Assembly: GCA_002269645.1 (NCBI GenBank)
Contig: NIVC01001163.1
Coordinates: 1 to 64,000 of the forward strand
Source of the DNA: Macrostomum lignano
Taxonomy: Eukaryota
Reading direction: 5' to 3'
Length of the DNA: 64,000 nucleotides
The position numbers and the translations under genes were made by a program. Positions 35,101-46,162 of this stretch are shown piece after piece. How positions within the stretch are numbered: position 1 is the stretch's first letter; each line of letters begins with the position of its first letter. The notes under the pieces are model-generated. The model saw only the letters and a program-made list of their open reading frames with translations, made no database searches and had not been told where the DNA came from.

Positions 35101-38100
35101 CCATCAGGCTGATCAGGTCGGCCGGGTTGGTGTCGCCCACCTCCCAGTTGGAGATGTCCACGTCCTCCTGGCAGGGGGTGATCAGGTGGCGTTTTATTAG
35201 CATGGAGACCTGGGGTGTCCATACAAAGACTGGGTGTCCATACAAAGACTGGGTGTCCATATAGAGACCTGGGGTGTCCATATGGAGACCTGGGTGTCCA
35301 TACAAAGACTGGGTGTCCATACAAAGACTGGGTGTCCATATAGAGACCTGGGGTGTCCATATGGAGACCTGGGGTGTCCATACAAAGACTGGGTGTCCAT
35401 ATAGAGACCTGGGGTGTCCATATGGAGACCTGGGTGTCCATAAAAAGACTGGGTGTCCATAGAGAGACCTGGGTGTCCATAAAAAGACTGGGTGTCCATA
35501 TAGAGACCTGGGTGTCCATAAAAAGACTGGGTGTCCATATAGAGACCTGGGGTGTCCATACAAAGACTGGGTGTCCATATAGAGACCTGGGGTGTCCATA
35601 TAGAGACCTGGGGTGTCCATACAAAGACTGGGTGTCCATATAGAGACCTGGGGTGTCCATATAGAGACCTGGGGTGTCCATACAAAGACTGGGTGTCCAT
35701 ATAGAGACCTGGGGTGTCCATATGGAGACCTGGGGTGTCCATATAGAGACCTGGGGTGTCCATACAAAGACTGGGTGTCCATATAGAGACCTGGGGTGTC
35801 CATAAAAAGACTGGGGTGTCCATACATAGACCTGGGTGTCCATATAGAAACCTGGGGTGTCCGTATAGAGATCCGGGGTGTCCATATAGAGACCTGGGTG
35901 TCCATATAGAGACCTGGGTGTCCATATAGAGATCTGGGGTGTCCATATAGAGATATGGGGTGTCCATATAGAGATCTGTGGTGTCCATATAGAGATCCGG
36001 GGTATCCATATAGAGACCTGGGGTGTCCACGGGGACCAGTATCTACATTACACACACTACATTCTACACAAAGTCTAGCAGAAATGCTACACAATAAAGG
36101 TGACGTGATAAAAACGTGATATAAACGTGACACGGCCACAACTGGATTGCATAGGATAGTAATAAAACTGCCTGGCTAGGAAAAGTACAAACTCCTTATC
36201 AGAGAGTGTAAATTAACAATGCATCAGCCAGTGCATTACAGTGCAACTGTATCGGCTTGGCCAATTATTATAAAATAATTATTGAAAAATGTTTCAATAA
36301 AAATAAAATAACAGGGCCTGCTGTTATGTCCAGTGTACTAACGCCTGCGGCAAGTCACTGAGCGCAGGCGCCTAATGCTTGGACACATTTTAATTGATAT
36401 GTGCACATTATGGGCATTGCAATAATATGACATGCGGCTATTTCTAACATATTATTAAATGCTGCATGCACATGCTTTCATGCTATCAAGATGTACAAAC
36501 TTAGTGCAGCGATTTTTATTGCTAAATAAAGTTAACTCAACAAAATTTGCCGCATGCCTACTCAAATCTTCACTACATGAGTAGACTCTATCGAGCATGC
36601 TGTTTTAATGTACATAGGATTACATATTCAGATAGAATTTTGCTTACAATACCAATCTTTCATGAAAACGTCTCCCTATTGACAACGCAAGGAATATAAT
36701 TAGGATTCAAAACATCTAGGAGAAAAATGTTTGCATGCATGCTAACTGTTAATCCCGCCACACAAACCTTTGACCTGTCCGGATCTGTGTCAATCTGGGG
36801 AAGGAGATTATTGGCAACAAGAATAACATAAGCTTTCTAGGCATGGAGGTTTGATCTATGTTTGCATGTAGTGCTGTACAGTTGAATGGGATTTGAACAG
36901 GGAATTGGATTTGAACAGGGAATTGGATTTGAACAGGGAATGGATTTGAACAGGAAATGGGATTTGAACAGGGAATGGGATTTGAGCAGGAAATGGGATT
37001 TGAACAGGAAATGGGATTTGAACAGGAAATGGGATTTGAACAGGAAATGGGATTTGAACAGGCAATGGGATTTGAACAGGAAATGGGATTTGAACAGGAA
37101 ATGGGATTAAAACTGGGAATGGGATTTCAACAGGGAATGGGATGTGAACAGGGAATGGGATGTGAACAGGCAATGGGATTTGAACAGGCAATGGGATTTG
37201 AACAGGAAATGGGATGTGAACAGGAAATGGGATTTGAACAGGAAATGGGATTTGAACAGGAAATGGGATTAAAACTGGGAATGGGATTTCAACAGGGAAT
37301 GGGATGTGAACAGGGAATGAGATGTGAACAGGCAATGGGATTTGAACAGGCAATGGGATTTCAACAGGGAATGGGATGTGAACAGGCAATGGGATTTCAA
37401 CAGGCAATGGGATTTCAACAGGGAATGGGATTTGAACAGGCAATGGGATTTCAACAGGGAATGGGATTTGAACAGGCAATGGGATTTCAACAGGGAATGG
37501 GATGTGAACAGGGAATGGGATTTCAACAGGGAATGGGATTTGAACAGGCAATGGGATTTCAACAGGGAATGGGATGTGAACAGGGAATGGCATTTAGAAC
37601 TGGGTTCAAGCATTTAGAATTCATCCATGGTTGAAAACTGATGGGATTTAAAGCTCCCTACAGAATCTGCCCACATTAATAAAAACTGCCTCACCTCTTC
37701 GTGCCGCTCCCTGGGCAAAGCCAGATTTAGCTCATAATTGAGGCCGAGCAGTCTCTCTTGAGCATAATTATAGCACAGATCCTCGAAGCTTGCCCCCGTA
37801 GTGCGGCCGCACGAGGCCACCTGCTGGAAGCCGGGCGGGTCCAGCACCGTGATGGTTCTAGACGATCGTTCGCCGCAGGAGAAGCAGCGGTTCACCAGGA
37901 ACATGATCAGTGTGACCACCTCCGTGTACAGGCCGGTGACGAAGCCCTGCAACAGCTCGAACGGTGAGTAAGCCTGCCCGCCTGCGGCTTTCGAGTCCGA
38001 CTGGCCCAGCTGGAAGGCGAATTTGCGCAGTTCAGCCGCGCTGCAGCCCAGCAGGGAGGCGGCCCGCTCCGCTGCCGTCACCTTCTCGAATTGGAAGCCG

Positions 38101-41100
38101 CCGTGGGGCAGCTGCACAGCGCCGGCGGTGCCCAGGTGGAAGATGGCGGCTGCGAATTGGGGCAGGGGCATCAAGTTTAGCGCTGGGCCATTTGAGTCAG
38201 TTGGGATTTCATTTACTCAGTTTAGATTTGAGTAACTCAGTTGGGATTTGAGTTACTCAGCTGGTATGAGTAATTCAGTTGGGATTTGAGTTACTCAGCT
38301 GGTATGAGTAATTCAGTTGGGATTTGAGTTACTCAGTTGGGATTTGAGTTACTCAGCTGGGATTTGAGTAACTCAGTTGGGATTTGAGTAATTCAGCTGG
38401 GATTTGAGTAACTCAGTTGAGATTTGAGTAATTCAGTTGGGATTTGAGTAATTCAGTTGGGATTTGAGTTACTCAGTTTTGGATTTGAGTTACTCAGCTG
38501 GTATTTGAGTTACTCAGTTGGGATTTGAGTTACTCAGTTGCGATTTGAGTTACTCAGTTGCGATTTGAGTTACTCAGTTGGGATTTGAGTTACTCAGCTG
38601 GTATTTGAGTTACTCAGTTGGGACTTGAGTTACTCAGTTGGGATTTGAGTTACTCAGTTGCGATTTGAGTTTACTCAGTTGGGATTTGAGTTACTCAGTT
38701 GGGATTTGAGTTACTCAGCTGGTATTTGAGTTACTCAGTTGGGACTTGAGTTACTCAGTTGGGATTTGAGTAACTCAGTTGGGATTTGAGTAATTCAGCT
38801 GGGATTTGAGTGATCAGTTGGGATTTGAGCAATTAAGTTGGGATTTGAGTAATTCAGCTGGGATTTGAGTGATCAGTTGAGATTTGAGTAATCCAGTTGG
38901 AATTTGAGTTATCCATTTGGGATTTGAGTAATTCAATTGGGATTTGAGTAATTCAGTTGGGATTTGAGTAAATCAGTTGGGATTTGAGCAATTTAGTTGG
39001 GATTTGAGTAATTCAGCTGGGATTTGAGTGATCAGTTGAGATTTGAGTAATTCAGCTGGGATTTGAGTGATCAGTTGGGATTTGAGCAATTAGGTTGGGA
39101 TTTGAGTAATTCAGTTGGGATTTGAGTAATTCAGTTGGGATTTGAGTAATTCAGCTGGGATTTGAGTAATTCAGATGGGATTCGAGCAGACAATACAATA
39201 AAGCATGTAGGTGCAAGCCTTTGAATGCCACGCCAAAGAATCTGCTGGAACAGTTACTGGGCACAAATAGCGCTTTCTGCAGCACAATATTCCGCTAAAT
39301 ATTGAGCAGGAGAAAACGAGAACATTGTGCTAGATAACTCAGGCATCCCTATATATTGCACCAGAAACGGGTCGCAAGCTTCCCGCAAAGCTAATAAGTA
39401 CTACTATGAGTAGAATATTAGCTTCTGTATGATGTTGGTCCGCCGTACTAACAAACAGGGCCATGACTGCGCCAGGCTGTCTAGTTATCGGACCGATGTT
39501 TCATTTTCTAATTTTAATAAACTAACTACTTTTAGTAAAGTAGAACGATTGCGTAAATTTTATTGGTAATTAAGGCAGTAAACCTATTTTGAGTCAGCTA
39601 CAGTTGTGTAGGTCAACAAAGGACAACGTGAAGTTGAAGTTGTTTAAATACAACAAGACAGAAGAGACAGCAGAAGACACAACGAAAATAAGAACAGCAA
39701 CAACAACAGAATACGCATTTAGTGTCAAACGGACACAGCAGCAGAGACAGCAGCAGGGCAGAAAAGACAGAAGACAGAAGAAGAGACCAGAAAAAGACAG
39801 CAGGAGACCAGATAAAGACAGCAGGAGACCAGAAAAAGACAGCAGGGACCAGATAAAGACAGCAGAGACCAGAAAAAGACAGCAGAGACCAGAAGAAGAC
39901 AGCAGAGACCAGAAAAAGACAGCAGGAGACCAGAAGAAGACAGCAGAAGAGACTAAAAGAAGACAGCAGAGACCAGAAAAAGACAGCAGAGACCAGAAGA
40001 AGACAGCAGAAGACACGAAAGCAGACACAGCAGCACACAGCAAAAGAGAGAAGAAGCCAGAACGGTCCCATCAGCAGGCAGTCTCACCCAGCAGTTTGCA
40101 CAGGCTGTGCCACTCCTGCTCGGACACGCCCAGAGTCCGGCCAGCCTCAACAATCCTCAGCCATTTGTCCCGGCCAGCCGCCTGATCCTCAGGCCGGTGC
40201 AGCGGAGTGAGGAACTGGTTGGGCTCAGGCGGATTGTTGAGCAGAAGCCGCTCCCGCTCCTGCTGGGACAGGCCGGACAGCATATAGTAGAACACGTGGA
40301 AGGCGGGCTCGCCCTCGGGCCTACGCACGATGCGGGACCGCTCCAGCAGCAGCACGTGATAGGACAGGCCGGACACGCAGCCGGAGTAATCGAAGTCGAT
40401 AGCGTAGAGCTGGGCGCAGCGGGACGCGTTGGTGTTCATGATGGTGCGGCTGGATACGAACGCTTCCGTTAGGGTGCTCAGCGCGCGGAGCCTGTCCACT
40501 GTCACTACCTGCGGATAGGGGGAATCAATTCATTAATTGGGATTTATTTATGAAGTTTAACAACTTAAAACCTAGAAGCCTTAAAAAAAATTGAAGTCCA
40601 CTCTAATCTAGCCCCTAACTTTATCATAATCTAGACGCTGAATTTTCTTATATTTCAGACCCCTGAGGCTAACTATACTCTAGACCCTGAAGATAAAATT
40701 GGCCATGAAGCTTACTAAACAAGGCCATGAAGCTTACTAAACAAGGCCATGAAGCTTACTAAACAAGGCCATGAAACTTACTAAACAAGGCCATGAAGTT
40801 TACTAAACAAGACCATGAAGCTTACTAAACAAGGCCATGAAACTTACTAAACAAGGCCATGAAGTTTACTAAACAAGACCATGAAACTTACTAAACAAGG
40901 CCATGAAACTTACTAAACATGCCCATGAAGCTTACTAAACAAGATCATGAAGCTTACTAAACATGCCCATGAAGCTTACTAAACAAGGCCATGAAGTTTA
41001 CTAAACAAGACCATGAAGCTTACTAAACAAGGCCATGAAGCTTACTAAACATGCCCATGAAGCTTACTAAACAAGACCATGAAGCTTACTAAACATGCCC

Positions 41101-44100
41101 ATGAAGCTTACTAAACAAGGCCATGAGGATTATTAAACAAGACCTTAAAGCTAACAAAACTCTAGGCCCCTGAAGTTTCTTTAAAAAGACCCTGAGGTTT
41201 TTTTAAAAAGACCCTGAAGTTTATTTAACAAGACTCTGAAGCTGATTAAACAAGGCCCTGAAGCTAAGTAAACTCTAGGCCCTGAAGCTAAGTAAACTCT
41301 AGGCCCTGAAGCTAAGTAAACTCTAGGCCCTGAAGCTAAGTAAACTCTAGACCCTGAAGCTAAGTAAACTCTAGGCCCTGAAGCTAAGTAAACTCTAGGC
41401 CCTGAAGCTAAGTAAACTCTAGGCCCTGAAGCTAAGTAAACTCTAGGCCCTGAAGCTAAGTAAACTCTAGGCCCTGAAGCTAAGTAAACTCTAGACCCTG
41501 AAGCTAAGTAAACTCTAGGCCCTGAAGCTAAGTAAACTCTAGGCCCTGAAGCTAAGTAAACTCTAGACCCTGAAGCTAAGTAAACTCTAGGCCCTGAAGC
41601 TAAGTAAACTCTAGGCCCTGAAGCTAAGTAAACTCTAGACCCTGAAGCTAAGTAAACTCTAGACCCTGAAGCTAAGTAAACTCTAGGCCCTGAAGCTAAG
41701 TAAACTCTAGACCCTGAAGCTAAGTAAACTCTAGGCCCTGAAGCTAAGTAAACTCTAGGCCCTGAAGCTAAGTAAAGTCTAGACGCTGAAGTCTATTAAA
41801 CAAGGTCCTGAAGCTAAGTAAACTCTAGGCCCTGAAATTTTTTAAACATGGCCCTAAGTTTTTAAACAAGACCCTGAAGCTAAATGAAAGCAGAACAGCG
41901 GTATCACCTTGCTAGGGCAGGAGCCAGCCTGCAGGAAATAGTGCAGCAGATGCCGGACACAGTAAGACTTGCCCGAGCCGCTCCGTCCAACTAGGCAGAC
42001 GGCCTGGCTGCTCTGATTGGTCAGCAGGCTTCTGTAAGCCATCTGCGCTGAAGCGTATATGTGCGGCGGCATCTCCTGCTGACGGCAGCCGCGAAACGTT
42101 TCCATAACTCGCTCGGTGTAGATTGACAGCGGGTACATGGGATTGAGCACTAGGAGGCCGGGGCCGCAATAGGTGTGAATTAGATTGCTAGAATACCGAG
42201 CCCGTAGCACGTGAACCAGCGAGCACTCGTTCAGGTAGCGAAGTTGGATTAAATTTTCAACTCGATCGAGTTTAGCGCTGTTGGCCTGCTCAATATCGTC
42301 AGATTCTACAGTGATCAGTTTGCCATTGTGCTCTAGGCGGACTCGGACTTTGTAATCTTGAAGTTTTTCAACTACAGTGCAGCCTGTGTAGCCCTCTTTG
42401 TGCACCAGCCAGAAGCGGCAGCCGACGCCGGCTGTGGAGCCGGTGCCTGCGCCGGAGGCCTCCGTGACGTCGGTGTCCACCTCGTCGGATGTGTCCTGCG
42501 GCGTAGAAATGTTTACAAGTTGATTTAATAGTATTTGCTATTAGGGTAAACAGCAGGAGTAGCTATGTGCTTACTGCACGTGGCAAATGACTTGCTATCT
42601 AATTAGTCGTATTTTCAATGACTACAGAATCCCAACAGTTTTAAGGTCCAAATCAACATACCAGACGTTGCAATAATGCTTTGACCATTCAATCAAAAGT
42701 TTGTTTCCTGTAAACTTGGTCGATTTAGCACTAAATACAAAAAAAGACATTTTAGACTATTATTGAAACGGTGTTTGTTAACTTTCAAAATAATTTAACA
42801 ATCAAACAAACAGTTGAATGTAAGACTTCAAAATTCAACTTAGAGCTGTAAAGTGTCGGTTAATGGCAGCCCAGCAAAGGACCAGTGAGGAGGGCAGAAA
42901 GCAGCCCAGCAAAGGACCAGTGGGGAGGGCAGAAAGCAGCCCAGCAAAGGACCAGTGGGGAGGGCAGATAGCAGCCCAGCAAAGGACCAGTGGGGAGGGC
43001 AGATAGCAGCCCAGCAAAGGACTAGTAGGGAGGGCAGAAAGCAGCCCAGCAAAGGACTAGTAGGGAGGGCAGAAAGCAGCCCATATAACAAACAATCAAC
43101 AAAGCTGACGCCAAACGCCACTATGCAACCTGTTGAGCATTCCGAACTCGAACAGCTGAGTTGATGTCAGCGCCGACCTTCATCTGCTGCCTGATGAGGC
43201 ACCTCTTGCACTGTGCGAAATTTAATTTTTTTAAAAGCACAAAAATCTGAGATTCTGACTTGAGTAGAAACTTCATTATTAAAAAGAGTTTCTTTTAAGC
43301 AAAGATTTATCAAACAGTTGTGGGCCTGGGTTCCTGTGTCGCAGCGTGTGCCATGCCATATAACTTGAATTGTTGGCCTTCTGACAATGAATTCTAAAAA
43401 ACAGTCAAAATGCACACCCGCATAAACAAAAACTCGAATTTTTATACTGAATAAAATTCGGACTAATTATAAATCGCACTGATAAACTGATCTTACGAGA
43501 GTTTTTTTAAATAAAAAGATTTTAGCTTAAGAAAGAGGAGCAAAATTTTTTATGTTACCTCTCATTATCCCTCCACTAAGACTTGGCACAGGAATGGTCG
43601 GGCACTGAGAACTCAGCACTGAGGACTCAGCATCGAACACTCAGGACTCAGCACTCAGGTTTCAGCATCGAGGACTCAGCATCGAACACTCAGGACTCAG
43701 CACTCAGGACTCAGTACTCCGGACTCCACACCGGAATCTTTAAGACAATTATGGAATTCTGAGCTTGTGAAAGTGCAGAGCACTACTCACCACTTGTTGC
43801 TGCCTCGCCCGACTGCTTAACTCGGACAGCTCCGGAACCTGCTGAACAGTGAGGCAGATCTCGCCCTCGGACTGGCGAATAATGTCCACAATCTCTTCCT
43901 TGGACCGGCTGCGCGCGTCAATACCGTTAATGGTTACTAGGCGGTCGCCGGGCAGCAGGCCCAGGTTCGCTCGCTGCCCGGGCTCGGCCAGCATCACCGG
44001 CAGCTTCTCGCCCGAAGCCCGATCGTACAGGAAAGTCTTGCGCAACTGGAAGCCGAAATCGCCTTTGGCGGTGCGCGCCAGCGTTACTTTGCGCAGCTCC

Positions 44101-44459
44101 GGCGGTCGCAACGGGCTGGGATCGGCCAGCGGCAGGCGGACACTGAAGGATTTATCCTCAACCAGAACGACGCCGTCTTGACCGTCGTCGCAGAGATCAT
44201 CGTCGGCGTCGTCGCGATCGCCGCCAGGAGCGCAAGGATTTCCGGCGGTGGTGCTGGTTGCCGTGGTCACCGACTCGCTGACTGTGGCGACGCCCTGGTC
44301 CAGCAGGGGACTCGCCGAGCCGCCACCGGCGCCACGAAGGATGCCGCGCTTCGGCTGCTGGGCCGAAGTCTCTGACGGCGCAGATGACGGCGGATTGAAT
44401 TCGCCTCGCATTCTGGGCAGAGTGCTGGGCCGGTAGGCTGCTGCATTCGGGTCAGACAT
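19882..44459 (-). CDS. MYO18A: Unconventional myosin XVIII, PDZ-containing (MYO18A/Mhcl orthologue), 13 exons, about 1864 aa
   Basis: Exons 43791-44459 (PDZ: KGDFGFQLRK...GLLPGDRLVTING), 41908-42495 (YLNECSLVHVLRARY, GRSGSGKS), 40088-40508 (NTNASR, LLERSR, EPAFHVFYY), 37695-38149 (LDPPGFQ), 34640-35167, 33656-34048, 30091-30659 (IQ; RRWPWWRLYSRVRPL), 29292-29667, 28029-28388, 27187-27606, 25144-25524, 23727-24070 (coiled coil) and 19882-19972 (inferred terminal exon, phase 2). All GT-AG and in phase; 5595 nt. The terminal exon and the true 5' end are less certain. Confidence 0.92.
20409..20470 (-). mobile_element. tRNA-derived SINE head (Pol III A and B boxes)
   Basis: Minus strand reads GTGGCCTAGTGGTTAGAGTGTTGTACTCACGACTGAAAGGTCGGTGGTTCGATTCTCGATCT: A box TGGCCTAGTGG, B box GGTTCGATTC; no intact acceptor stem. 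Confidence 0.55.
20471..21330. repeat. 16-bp minisatellite (AACCCCCTATGGCCAC) in the last myosin XVIII intron
   Basis: About 50 copies read directly. Confidence 0.95.
21571..22143. mobile_element. Tc1/mariner-type MITE with 241-bp TIRs
   Basis: TA|CGAGGGTCATCCCAAAAGTT...AACTTTTGGGATGACCCTCG|TA; arms 21571-21811 and 21903-22143, 91-bp spacer; the ORF track gives the same peptide from both arms. Confidence 0.88.
22425..22615. repeat. 33-bp short tandem array
   Basis: GGGTGACAGCCCACTAATAGAGCAGGTAGGAGA, about 6 copies. Confidence 0.88.
23141..23720. repeat. 28-bp C-rich minisatellite abutting the 23727 donor
   Basis: CCCATCTCCAATCCTCATCCCACAGATC, about 20 copies. Confidence 0.92.
24522..24962. 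repeat. 18-bp intronic minisatellite
   Basis: AAGCTAGGAATTGGGATT, about 24 copies. Confidence 0.93.
25545..27085. repeat. 29-bp G-rich intronic minisatellite containing TTAGGG
   Basis: GGGGCTGGGAGCTGGGGATTAGGGAGGCT, about 50 copies; period 25751 to 25780. Confidence 0.95.
27625..28010. repeat. 21-bp intronic minisatellite
   Basis: GTCCAGTTTATCAACAAATCA, about 18 nearly identical copies. Confidence 0.95.
28505..29270. repeat. 48-bp (2x24) intronic minisatellite followed by CTAT/CAAT/AAAT microsatellites
   Basis: TGACTCATCAAACTATTAATCTATCAACTCATCAAGCTATCAATCTTT to about 29130, then tetranucleotide runs. Confidence 0.92.
29745..30030. repeat. 21-bp intronic minisatellite
   Basis: CCACTGATTCCCCTGCAATCC, about 13 copies. 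Confidence 0.9.
30765..32240. repeat. 47-bp intronic minisatellite with palindrome ATCCCATTGGGAT
   Basis: GAGATCCGCAGAAATCCCATTGGGATAATTTTGTAAACACAAGCTAT, about 30 copies. Confidence 0.95.
32343..32528 (-). CDS. Candidate alternative first coding exon of a motor-less myosin XVIII isoform
   Basis: 62 codons from ATG (polyAla, polyGln) ending at a phase-0 donor TGC|GTAAGT, compatible with the phase-0 acceptor at 30659. Confidence 0.45.
33375..33610. repeat. Degenerate array of about 14 bp (AGGCGATTTTTAAG)
   Basis: Repeated GGCGATTTT motif. Confidence 0.75.
34165..34620. repeat. 12-bp array (CACTAAGAGA.C) with a 76-bp higher-order unit repeated 3 times
   Basis: Higher-order unit starts at 34338, 34414 and 34490. 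Confidence 0.88.
35205..36030. repeat. 20/21-bp intronic minisatellite
   Basis: CTGGGGTGTCCATATAGAGAC and CTGGGTGTCCATACAAAGA variants. Confidence 0.93.
36885..37595. repeat. 18-bp intronic minisatellite
   Basis: ATGGGATTTGAACAGG(G/C/A)A, about 39 copies. Confidence 0.93.
38195..39180. repeat. 20-bp intronic minisatellite with hairpin TGAGT(T/A)ACTCA
   Basis: GAGTTACTCAGTTGGGATTT, about 48 copies. Confidence 0.93.
39655..40030. repeat. Purine-rich degenerate array (AGACAGCAGAGACCAGAA)
   Basis: 17-20 bp variants; explains ORFs 39589-40185 and their antisense ORFs. Confidence 0.85.
40700..41840. repeat. Adjacent related arrays of 22 bp (GGCCATGAAGCTTACTAAACAA) and 24 bp (GGCCCTGAAGCTAAGTAAACTCTA)
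   Basis: 22-mer at 40700-41135, intermediate variants at 41135-41260, 24-mer at 41260-41840. Confidence 0.92.
42866..43082. repeat. 35-bp short tandem array
   Basis: GCAGCCCAGCAAAGGACCAGTGGGGAGGGCAGAAA, about 6 copies. Confidence 0.88.
43605..43730. repeat. ACTCAGC-based degenerate repeat
   Basis: Repeated GGACTCAGCA(C/T) motifs just inside the PDZ-exon intron. Confidence 0.7.
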
Positions 44460-46039
44460 CTGCCAGCAGCCAGAGTGCACTGGTTAGATATGTTAGCTAT
44501 GCAGATATTAACATGGTTTTGGGAGCACATATTTCCCATATCTAGTAATATTGGCCACAAAAAAGAAGACTTATCGACCATAGGAGCCCTTGATTTCGTG
44601 TATGGCGGGGGGGGGCAAAGCAATAGAAATGAATGTTGCCAGTTTCACAGCTTTTTGAGGGAAACTCTATAAAGTCCCTGGGGTCAGGGATCCAACTTTC
44701 TAGCAACAGATTTTCAATGCTGTATATATGTGTGGTTAGAGTGATAGGGCTAGAGATAAGATGAAGGCAGTCCTAGCCATTCTACTTGTGTACAATACAT
44801 AAATGATACACTATTTATAAGTGATAGGTGGTATTAGATTTAATATCATTAAAAGTTATAGGAAGTTATAAGAAATCAATTAGCTATAGATATGGATATT
44901 GATAGGCTATACCTAATGATAAAATTTTGATCATTTCTAGCTATATACAAATATTAGGAATCACACTTTTATAATCCTAAACCCTTGGATCCTAATAACA
45001 TTTAAAATCCCAAGCTTCCAATATTTTTCAAATTAAAAAATTCATCTAATCTAACCTCTAGTACCAAATTACCTAAAATAGTTTCAAGTAGTTAATTATA
45101 AAAATAAAAATACATTTAAAACACTAAAATAAGCTTCTACTGCAGATTTTTATGGTATAAAAGTACCAATACTATGGTATCTTGACTTTTATTTTGGCAT
45201 CCTAGATTTTGACCCTATTGAAATATAATTTTAGATCCTATAGATGTGTGGCAAAAGTTTACTCTAAAATTATAGCACTACAAATTTGCCAAGGTGTGCC
45301 ACTTGTAGCAGAAAGTGGACTTTCATCTTAAAAATATGCCATACATTCAGAACAAACAATGTCATGATGCTATAAAAGGGAAATTTAAAAACCTCTAATT
45401 AAAACAGGAATGCATATGCTAGGTGTCTTTACAAGTCTATGAAGCTCTATAAAGATCTAAAGGATTAATATTACTATTAAGCTTAATGGTTCTGAATATC
45501 TGTGATATTCCTTATTCTTTGAAGCATCTTTCCTAGAAGTTATTGTGTTTAAAATTGCACAAAGGTGTTTATATATATATTAATTTAAACATTATGAATA
45601 ATATAAAGTTTTTTATTTTAAATAGCAATAAGGAAGCCTATAAATATATGAGCTACTAGCAGGGAGAATTAACCTTGTTAACTTTTTTCCTGATTATCTA
45701 GCATGTTTTCTATGATATCATACCACTTTCCATTATCTAGTTCAATAAAAACTTACTAAATTGTACTTTTAAACTTTGGTATACATACTTAGACACTTGC
45801 ATCATTTTTACTTTTAATATATAGTAGGTAGCTAAGATTTAAAACTATTTTGTGTACCTGAAAAGTTCTATTAAATATAATTTGTATTTTATTCATTTAA
45901 TCATTATTAATAATAATTGATTACACCTACCCCAATTGGGCAGATGTGCAACTGACAGATCAGCCATAGCTATTGCATGGTATATCTGAAGGCTAAGTAT
46001 GCTTATTCAGTCCAAGGACTAGGGGGTTGCAACATATAC

Positions 46040-46162
46040 CCTCAATTACCCTAGCTAATGCTGGCACCTATTTTACAACTATGTGAATTGAAGCAATGCA
46101 GAATAAGTATAAAGTTGTTCCAACCTTCAAGTTGTGAGTCCTACACTCTAACCACTTGGCTA
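46040..46162 (-). mobile_element. Decayed tRNA-SINE (head plus conserved-core-like body)
   Basis: Minus strand TAGCCAAGTGGTTAGAGTGTAGGACTCACAACTTGAAGGTTGG resembles the head at 20409-20470; followed by TTCTGCATTGCTTCAATTCACATAGTTGTAAAATAGGTGCCAG, which resembles SINE core motifs recalled from memory. Confidence 0.45.

Noticed and set aside
34580-36139. 519-aa ORF as a single exon
   Set aside because: Only 34640-35167 is myosin; the rest is read-through into a 21-bp intronic array, with a clear acceptor at 35168.
1-43100. CRISPR-like arrays
   Set aside because: Repeats are head-to-tail without unique spacers, there are no cas genes, and the context is spliced eukaryotic genes.
43120-43230. 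Extra myosin XVIII exon after the PDZ exon
   Set aside because: Acceptor-like TTTCGCACAG exists, but no convincing donor or homology; flanking exons already join in phase.
23826-44672. Many plus-strand ORFs antisense to myosin exons
   Set aside because: Shadow ORFs of GC-rich coding sequence, coextensive with the sense exons.
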